From Methanosarcinaceae archaeon (GTDB taxonomy: Archaea > Halobacteriota > Methanosarcinia > Methanosarcinales > Methanosarcinaceae), in contig JAIOTO010000108.1 of NCBI GenBank assembly GCA_021106765.1, forward strand, positions 1 to 24,669: a stretch of DNA of 24,669 nt, read 5' to 3'. The notes under the pieces were generated by a model, which had not been told where the DNA came from, did no database searches, and was given only the letters and a program-made list of their open reading frames with translations. A program made the position numbers and the translations under genes. Of this stretch, positions 18,890 through 24,669 are shown one piece after another (positions within the stretch are counted from its first letter, which is position 1; the number at the start of each line of letters is the position of its first letter).

Positions 18890-19738
18890 ATGACCATTCA
18901 CGAAACCATCCCAGAAGACCTCCAGAGAACCAACCGGAAGACCGTGGTCAGCAATCTGAAAGAGGTCCATACGATAGTTGAACGACTTATCCATCAGACC
19001 TATCGGCAAAAGGATGCAGCTGCAAGTTCCGAACTTCGGGAGATCAGGAACAAGGTGACTTCAATGATTTCGGAGATAGAGAATACAGATCTCGATACCT
19101 TCGGTGGCAGGAAAGGTTCCCTGGATGATTTCTATGATGCCGAAAAGCAGTTCATCGAAAACTCTACCATACTGAAAAAAGAAATGGAAGATGCACTTGC
19201 CTCCGGGAAGGGGGGAGATACATTCTCACTGGACAATATGGTGGATGAACTGGGAAAAAGTTTTAACGAACGGGTGATCCTCACAGGGGAACATCTGCAG
19301 GAATACAGGGCACAGCAAGTGGAATCCAAAAGGGCAAGGGATGAAGCACAAGCCATCAAGACTGAGACAGTAACCGAAACTGAGACCAAAACCGAAACCA
19401 TTGAACAGCCTGAGCCAACTCCTGATCCTGTAGAACCTATCGGGAATATGACCATGGAAATGGATACGGAAACCCTCTCAAACTCTATAACTACATCAAC
19501 ACACTCGAACAGAAATACTCGAAATGTCAGCCGGATATCTCAAATAATGGGAATTACATATCAAACAAAACATGGAAGGTCGACCACACGAACAGGAGGA
19601 TTCGTGGTGTGGTCAAGGACGGCATGTTCAAGACCCCGCTTGTGCTTGAGACGTTCTGGCATCCCAGAGATGACGTACGGGATATCATCCAGTTCGTTCA
19701 GTCAAAAGCAAATGCGATTGGCAGAAACCAGTACATGA
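18890..19738 (+). CDS. Coiled-coil protein with an acidic Thr/Glu/Pro-rich linker; the 3' end is uncertain and a frameshift into the next ORF is probable
   Basis: The first ~185 aa look like genuine coding sequence (helical, charged), ending in TETVTETETKTETIEQPEPTPDPVEP. Beyond about nt 19470 this frame becomes S/R/T-rich and out-of-frame-looking, while frame +1 is open from 19426 and reads as bona fide protein sequence. Confidence 0.5.
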   Translation: MTIHETIPEDLQRTNRKTVVSNLKEVHTIVERLIHQTYRQKDAAASSELREIRNKVTSMISEIENTDLDTFGGRKGSLDDFYDAEKQFIENSTILKKEMEDALASGKGGDTFSLDNMVDELGKSFNERVILTGEHLQEYRAQQVESKRARDEAQAIKTETVTETETKTETIEQPEPTPDPVEPIGNMTMEMDTETLSNSITTSTHSNRNTRNVSRISQIMGITYQTKHGRSTTRTGGFVVWSRTACSRPRLCLRRSGIPEMTYGISSSSFSQKQMRLAETST

Positions 19739-20106
19739 GCCTGTGTCTTGTCAATGATGTCTGGGAAGAAGATATCATTGAGTGGGCAAAGGATTTTACA
19801 CATCAGCGTCTCATCCTGTACCTGTACGATTTGAAAAACGACATTCTCATCGTTAATGAAACACTTGCTGCTGCAGATCACTTCAGGTTCTGGCACACCA
19901 GGGAACTACAGAGAACAACTCTTGATGAGAAAATAGAGGATTACATTAATGAGATAGAGTATTTTACTGTGAAGGATGTTGCCGACAGGTTCGGACTCAA
20001 CCGGTCCGGTTCAGAGGATCTGCTTAAGGGACTGGTGAAGAAGGGGATAATCGTTGATGTGGGCTTTGGCGGAGATGCGAATTATACAAAAACGAAGCAG
20101 CAGTGA
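19609..20106 (+). CDS. Winged-helix protein (C-terminal wH motif FTVKDVADRFGLNRSGSEDLLKGLVKKGIIV); possibly the C-terminal portion of the preceding gene
   Basis: An AGGAGGA SD lies 8 nt upstream of the GTG at 19609. However, the reading frame is open and protein-like for another ~60 codons upstream, to 19426. The C-terminal ~45 aa form a classic helix-turn-helix-wing pattern. Confidence 0.55.
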   Translation: MVKDGMFKTPLVLETFWHPRDDVRDIIQFVQSKANAIGRNQYMSLCLVNDVWEEDIIEWAKDFTHQRLILYLYDLKNDILIVNETLAAADHFRFWHTRELQRTTLDEKIEDYINEIEYFTVKDVADRFGLNRSGSEDLLKGLVKKGIIVDVGFGGDANYTKTKQQ

Positions 20107-20109
20107 TTG

Positions 20110-20116
20110 CTTTTTT
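20110..20116 (+). terminator. T-run (CTTTTTTG) immediately after the stop of the last gene of the ESCRT-like operon
   Basis: Archaeal termination at oligo-T tracts. The run lies 4 nt after the TGA at 20104-20106. Confidence 0.45.
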
Positions 20117-20383
20117 GATGTGGACTGATCTTTAAATTCGTTCGTCGTGTAGAATCATATCAGGGTTCTCCATCACCGGGTGATGTCTTCTTTCGTCAGC
20201 GCCGTAGTCGCGGGAGCACAACGACAGAACATAGCATAGTCGTTCCAGCCACAACCATGATGGAACCTGTAGGAGATACGGAACTATGCGTAATGTATTT
20301 ATAGAACTATAAACAGTTAGATTCATTCATATACGAAAGTATCACTCATTGCACTAATTATATTATCAGGAGGTTTAAGATCA

Positions 20384-22006
20384 ATGGCAGGACAATATGG
20401 CGGTCAGCCGATCATTATAGATCCGCGTAAACAGAGCACGAAGGGCAAAGATGCACTTGCTATGAACATCAAGGCAGCGAAAATAGTTGCCGACATCGTC
20501 AAAACAACACTTGGTCCAAAAGGAATGGACAAGATGCTGGTAAACGCAGTTGGGGACATCGTTATAACGAACGACGGTGCCATGATCCTTAAGGGAATGG
20601 ACATCGAGCACCCCACCGCAAAGATGATCGTTGAAGTAGCACGCACCCAGGAAGACATTGCCGGCGATGGTACCACCAGTGCGGTGGTCCTTGCAGGTGC
20701 ACTCCTTGAACAGGCAGAGAAACTGATCGACGAGGGAGTACACCCCAGCGTGATCATCAATGGATTCTGGGATGCTACCGAAAGAACTCTCGAGGTACTT
20801 GAGGACTTCGCGATAGATGTTACGCAAAATGACCATGATATTCTGGATAATATCGCAAAGACGGCCATTGCGGGAAAATCCTCTGAAGCATTCAGTGAAC
20901 TGCTTGCCGGATTATGCATCGATGCTATTTTGAAAGTGCAGAAAGACGGAAAGGTGAACGTTAGTGATGATATCCTCATAAAACAGGACCCAGGCAAGAC
21001 CATCTCCGAGACCGAACTCGTGGAAGGAATTATGATCGCGAAATCAGCGGTCCATTCTGCAATGCCAAGAAAGATAACGAATGCTAAGATCGCACTGCTG
21101 GACGCACCTCTTGAGATCAGGAAGACATCTAACAAATCAAAGTTGCAGATCCATTCCGCTGAACAATTGGAAGCATTCCTTCAGCAGGAAAAAGACGATC
21201 TCAGGAAAACCGTTGAAACTGTTATTGCAACCGGTGCAAATGTAGTGTTCGTTTCAAAGAACATTGATGATAAAGCAGCTGATATACTGCAAAAGAAAGG
21301 TATTCTTGCCATCAAACGGACCAATGATGATGATATGAAGCATATTTCATACACAACAGGTGCACGTTTGGTCAGAAAGATCAATGAGATGACTGAAAAG
21401 GAACTTGGAAGTGCTGGTTCTGTGGAACAACAAGGAGAGTTCTCACTTGCAAAGACCTATATCAAGGACTGTGCCAGTGCCAAGACCGTTACAATGATAC
21501 TCCGAGGGGGAACCGAACACGTGACAGACAATCTGGAACGTACCATCGATGATGTACTACACGTGATCAAAGCCGTCTTTGAGGATGGGAAGATCATAGC
21601 TGGCGGCGGAGCTGCCGAGATCGAAATAGCACAGGACCTGCGGTCCTATGCATCATCCGCACAAGGACGTGAACAACTGGCAATATCCGCCTTTGCAGAT
21701 GCCATCGAGAGCATTCCCCGAGCGATAGCAGATAACGCTGGTATGGATAGTACAGATATTCTCATCCAGCTGAGAGCCGAACACAGTAAGAACAAGAACA
21801 TTGGACTGGACGTGTACGCCGGAGAGACCGTTGACATGATCGCAAAGGGCATAGTCGACCCATTGCGAGTGAAAACACAGGCCATTAAGTCTGCGTCAGA
21901 GGTCACGAACATGATCCTACGTGTGGACAACATGCTCAGGGCCGAGAGAAAAGAAATGATGGATGTAAGACCAGAACACAACATCCACAACTATAACGGA
22001 ATTTGA
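20384..22006 (+). CDS. ths: Thermosome subunit (group II chaperonin, 540 aa)
   Basis: Conserved chaperonin motifs are present (TTLGPKGMDKMLV, ITNDGAMIL, GDGTTSAVVLAGALL, the ATP-binding GGGAAEIE, and VDPLRVKTQAIKSASE). An SD (GGAGGT) lies 11 nt upstream. Confidence 0.95.
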   Translation: MAGQYGGQPIIIDPRKQSTKGKDALAMNIKAAKIVADIVKTTLGPKGMDKMLVNAVGDIVITNDGAMILKGMDIEHPTAKMIVEVARTQEDIAGDGTTSAVVLAGALLEQAEKLIDEGVHPSVIINGFWDATERTLEVLEDFAIDVTQNDHDILDNIAKTAIAGKSSEAFSELLAGLCIDAILKVQKDGKVNVSDDILIKQDPGKTISETELVEGIMIAKSAVHSAMPRKITNAKIALLDAPLEIRKTSNKSKLQIHSAEQLEAFLQQEKDDLRKTVETVIATGANVVFVSKNIDDKAADILQKKGILAIKRTNDDDMKHISYTTGARLVRKINEMTEKELGSAGSVEQQGEFSLAKTYIKDCASAKTVTMILRGGTEHVTDNLERTIDDVLHVIKAVFEDGKIIAGGGAAEIEIAQDLRSYASSAQGREQLAISAFADAIESIPRAIADNAGMDSTDILIQLRAEHSKNKNIGLDVYAGETVDMIAKGIVDPLRVKTQAIKSASEVTNMILRVDNMLRAERKEMMDVRPEHNIHNYNGI

Positions 22007-22033
22007 TAGGATCGAGATATATCCTTAAACCAT

Positions 22034-22072
22034 AGGCCTGTTGAAAATATATCACAGGCCTGGTACTTTTTT
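22034..22072. terminator. Bidirectional terminator hairpin between convergent genes (AGGCCTG, 14-nt loop, CAGGCCT) followed by T6
   Basis: A 7-bp perfect inverted repeat at 22034-22040 and 22055-22061 is followed by TTTTTT at 22067-22072. It lies between the thermosome stop and the stop of the minus-strand gene. Confidence 0.5.
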
Positions 22073-22655
22073 ACAGACTATTTTGAAATGCACGATAATC
22101 CTCTATAGCCTTTTTTGCTTGCACAGGATAATGTTCCAGCACATAGTTGAGAAAATCCTCTTTTGAACCACATTCCTTGACCACATCAAGCATCCTGATC
22201 GCAAATGTCCTGGAACGTTCGTTCGAGCGTTGTATCTCAAAGGACAGGCACAGTGTGTCGGATGACAAATGATCCCGCTGTATGTGAGGCGATACCGAAC
22301 CGAGCAACACACCATCCTCCAAGGCACAGAACCCCGGCACACCAACCCGGTCAACACGCCCTCTGTCTGTCAATTTTGCAAGATTGCCTGCAGAATATGA
22401 ATGCAATTCAACATACACATCCGGACCTATCTGCTCGATCGCCTCAGGGATCAATGCTCCCCTATCATGGTAGTATTCAGGATCAAGAGTCGATAGGTAA
22501 TCGCCCTTATCGATCACTGGTAACACGGCAACCATCCCTGTAGCAGGTGGGGTCATCCTGAGCAGTATGTCGGAAGTATCCTTCCATTCAGCACCATGCA
22601 GACCTGCCACAAATAGACGATGGGGTCTCCCTTTGCCAGATATCTTCATCAACAT
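22071..22655 (-). CDS. Conserved hypothetical protein (194 aa); the VAGLHGAEW motif weakly resembles the metal-binding motif of the succinylglutamate desuccinylase/aspartoacylase (M14-like) fold
   Basis: A clean ORF with reasonable composition. The weak motif resemblance is its only functional clue. Confidence 0.55.
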   Translation of the reverse strand: MLMKISGKGRPHRLFVAGLHGAEWKDTSDILLRMTPPATGMVAVLPVIDKGDYLSTLDPEYYHDRGALIPEAIEQIGPDVYVELHSYSAGNLAKLTDRGRVDRVGVPGFCALEDGVLLGSVSPHIQRDHLSSDTLCLSFEIQRSNERSRTFAIRMLDVVKECGSKEDFLNYVLEHYPVQAKKAIEDYRAFQNSL

Positions 22656-22690
22656 TAAACCACTTCAGCAACATCAAAGATCATCATTGA

Positions 22691-23374
22691 TCATTCTGCG
22701 TGCGACCCACTTCTGGCAATGACATATATCTCCTGCTTCCTGGATTCGATAACATCCAATATCGATAGGCCCATGCCTTCCATACGATCCAGTAACGGCC
22801 GCCTGTCATCATATCCGTTATCGCGTCTGTCACCAATCTTTATGACCTGCAGGACCTTGCCATTTTCCTTTAATAGAGGAAGGACCCTTTCAAGTGCATC
22901 CAGTGCCGCTTTTGGCTCCAGGGTCATATCACAAAGGATCACATCCACCTGTTGTTGTGACATAGAACTAAGTGGCAGGATGAACACGTCCCCGAACATC
23001 ACAGATACATTGTCCATCTTATGAGTAATATTGTCAAGGTCAGATCGGAACTCGTGACTGAACTCCACTCCCTTCACATTCGCTGCGATCTCAGATGCGA
23101 ACATGATAAAACCTCCTGCACTCGAACCAAGGTCCAGAACGTGATCATTCTCACCGATCAGATCACTCACCTCCTGGATCTTCCTGAGCTTGAAGTAACC
23201 CTGGGGCTTGTCAAGTCCCTCCTCGACATCGACATCGCTCTCATTTGAAATGTCTTTTGAAGGCTTGCTCACAACCACACCATTGACCTTCACTTTGCCG
23301 CTAAGGATCGCCTTTTTGGAACGTCCCCTGGAACGGAATATCCCTATTTCCACAAGATATGCATCCAGTCTCAT
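22691..23374 (-). CDS. tlyA: TlyA-family rRNA 2'-O-methyltransferase (S4 RNA-binding domain plus FtsJ-like SAM methyltransferase, 227 aa)
   Basis: An N-terminal S4-like motif (MRLDAYLVEIGIFRSRGRSKKAILSGKVKVNG) is followed by FtsJ-type SAM motifs (VLDLGSSAGGF ... ILCDM). Confidence 0.72.
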   Translation of the reverse strand: MRLDAYLVEIGIFRSRGRSKKAILSGKVKVNGVVVSKPSKDISNESDVDVEEGLDKPQGYFKLRKIQEVSDLIGENDHVLDLGSSAGGFIMFASEIAANVKGVEFSHEFRSDLDNITHKMDNVSVMFGDVFILPLSSMSQQQVDVILCDMTLEPKAALDALERVLPLLKENGKVLQVIKIGDRRDNGYDDRRPLLDRMEGMGLSILDVIESRKQEIYVIARSGSHAE

Positions 23375-23413
23375 ACAATCAAAGATATTGGATCGATCAT
23401 ATATAACTACATA

Positions 23414-24517
23414 TCAGGGCATTCCATCTCCAAAATCGAAGTTGCAACGGATCCCTTCCGGATCAAAACATTGGTTACATGAAACACATCTGGCACTTTC
23501 CGCCCCGTTCTTCAGTTTGATCACCAGGTCCGGCTCACTGATGAACGGACGGCTCATGGAGATCATATCAGCATAGCCTTTGAACATCAAATCCATCACA
23601 AACCTCGATCGAATACCACCCACCAGGATCACAGGAATGTTCACGGTACCCCGGATCATTTTTGCATATCGTTTAAAGTACGCTTCCTTATCCAGGGAAT
23701 CGATATCTGGCTGTGCCATGACCTCACCAGTCTCAAATATTCCACCACTTACCTCAATGGCACAGACACCGCCCTTCTCCAGCAGACTGGCGATCTCCAC
23801 GCATTCGGGGGCATCCAGACCCACCTTTCCGGAGAATACATCGAAACCATCTGTAGCGTTCATTTTCACCATTACCGGGAAGTCTTCACCCACGGTCTTT
23901 CGTATGCCAGACATGATCTCTGTGATAATACGTGTGCGGTTCTCCACCGATCCGCCCCATTGATCTTCACGTTTATTTGTGTAAGGAGAGATGAAACTAC
24001 TGAGTAAGAAGCCGTGGGCACAGTGCAGCTGCACACCATCGAAGCCCGCATCCTTTGCACGTCGTGTCGCTGCTACAAAATCCCGGATCGTCTGCTGTAT
24101 ATCCTCCTGGGACATCGCCACCGGGGTCTTTCCCGAGGATGTGTCCTTGACTGCCGAAGGTGCAAGGATAGAATCACTATCCGTTACCAGGGACTGCCGT
24201 CCTCCATGGACGATCTGCAGGAATATCCGGCTATCGTATTTATGGACCCGCGTGGTGATGGCACGGTATGGTGCTATAGAACGATCATCATAGATCCCCT
24301 GCTGTCGATCATTACTCTTACCCTTAAGATCTACATAGGAATATCCGGTTATGATCAGACCCACCTCATTTTTGGCCAGTTCCTCATATATATCACCGAT
24401 GGCCTCTGTTGGCGTGCCATCGTCCTCCGCAAGCCATTCATTGGTGGCCGAACGTACCAGCCGGTTGCTGACTGTCATATCCGCGATGTTGATAGGTTCA
24501 AAGAGCATGATATCCAA
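23414..24517 (-). CDS. NADH:flavin oxidoreductase of the Old Yellow Enzyme family (FMN-binding TIM barrel, 367 aa)
   Basis: OYE signature regions are present (NRLVRSATNEW, HGGRQS, QLHCAHGFLLSSFISPYTNKREDQWGGSVENRTR, ILVGGIR). A Cys-rich tail is CVSCNQC...C. Confidence 0.82.
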   Translation of the reverse strand: MDIMLFEPINIADMTVSNRLVRSATNEWLAEDDGTPTEAIGDIYEELAKNEVGLIITGYSYVDLKGKSNDRQQGIYDDRSIAPYRAITTRVHKYDSRIFLQIVHGGRQSLVTDSDSILAPSAVKDTSSGKTPVAMSQEDIQQTIRDFVAATRRAKDAGFDGVQLHCAHGFLLSSFISPYTNKREDQWGGSVENRTRIITEIMSGIRKTVGEDFPVMVKMNATDGFDVFSGKVGLDAPECVEIASLLEKGGVCAIEVSGGIFETGEVMAQPDIDSLDKEAYFKRYAKMIRGTVNIPVILVGGIRSRFVMDLMFKGYADMISMSRPFISEPDLVIKLKNGAESARCVSCNQCFDPEGIRCNFDFGDGMP

Positions 24518-24669
24518 TCAGGCATTCTGTATATAAATAGATTTTCAGACCTGGAAATACATCATGATTTTTCAGCAAATTCCTTCAGTCTGCTAACTTC
24601 CCTCCTTTCGATGCTATTTATGTAGAACACATTTATCACCATGAGATTTCCGGTCATTCTGTCCCTTAC

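Noticed and set aside
18890-19738. Reading the full 282-aa ORF as the true product
   Set aside because: The final ~90 residues are S/R/T-rich and look like out-of-frame translation, whereas frame +1 carries protein-like sequence over the same nucleotides. I report it as a probable frameshift or uncertain 3' end.
20132-20326. 64-aa minus-strand ORF upstream of the thermosome gene
   Set aside because: It is short, has no SD or motifs, and lies in a promoter-containing spacer.
24014-24625. 203-aa plus-strand ORF opposite the OYE gene
   Set aside because: It is antisense to a confidently assigned flavin oxidoreductase gene.
1-24669. CRISPR arrays, IS elements, integrases or other mobile elements
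   Set aside because: I saw no regularly spaced direct repeats, no transposase or integrase-like ORFs and no terminal inverted repeats. The tRNA-Thr is not flanked by an integrase or a direct-repeat att site.

Overview
This window reads as an archaeal chromosomal segment, most likely from a euryarchaeon resembling Methanosarcinales. The supporting signs are TFB, Gar1, a thermosome, Rio1 with its KH partner, diphthine synthase, a tRNA with no encoded CCA, GGAGG-type Shine-Dalgarno sites and T-run terminators. Most of it is densely packed housekeeping genes: rio1 plus a KH/Dim2-like gene, an MscS channel, tRNA-Thr(CGU), a Trm5-family methyltransferase, a LysE-type exporter, tfb and gar1, ppdK, a PfkB kinase, a UPF0212-like protein, a DUF357 protein, a stand-alone HerA-like ATPase, dph5, a thermosome subunit, a TlyA-like methyltransferase and an OYE-family flavin oxidoreductase. 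I found no mobile elements and no CRISPR array. The exceptional region is about 13.6 to 20.1 kb. On the plus strand, a small ribbon-helix-helix protein is followed by an ESCRT-III/Snf7-like protein, a Vps4-like ATPase with an MIT domain, and a coiled-coil/winged-helix protein, all translationally coupled. The Snf7-like protein ends in an amphipathic acidic helix that looks like an MIT-interacting motif. The ATPase carries the meiotic-clade SKW.G.SEK signature. A perfect 16-bp palindrome sits in the promoter ahead of the small regulator. Across that promoter, on the minus strand, lie two membrane-associated proteins that both end in double zinc ribbons, one of them with an SPFH/band-7-like domain. 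I read this as a candidate euryarchaeal ESCRT-like membrane-remodelling module, with a possible frameshift in its last gene. All calls rest on reading the translated ORFs for motifs; I ran no database searches.
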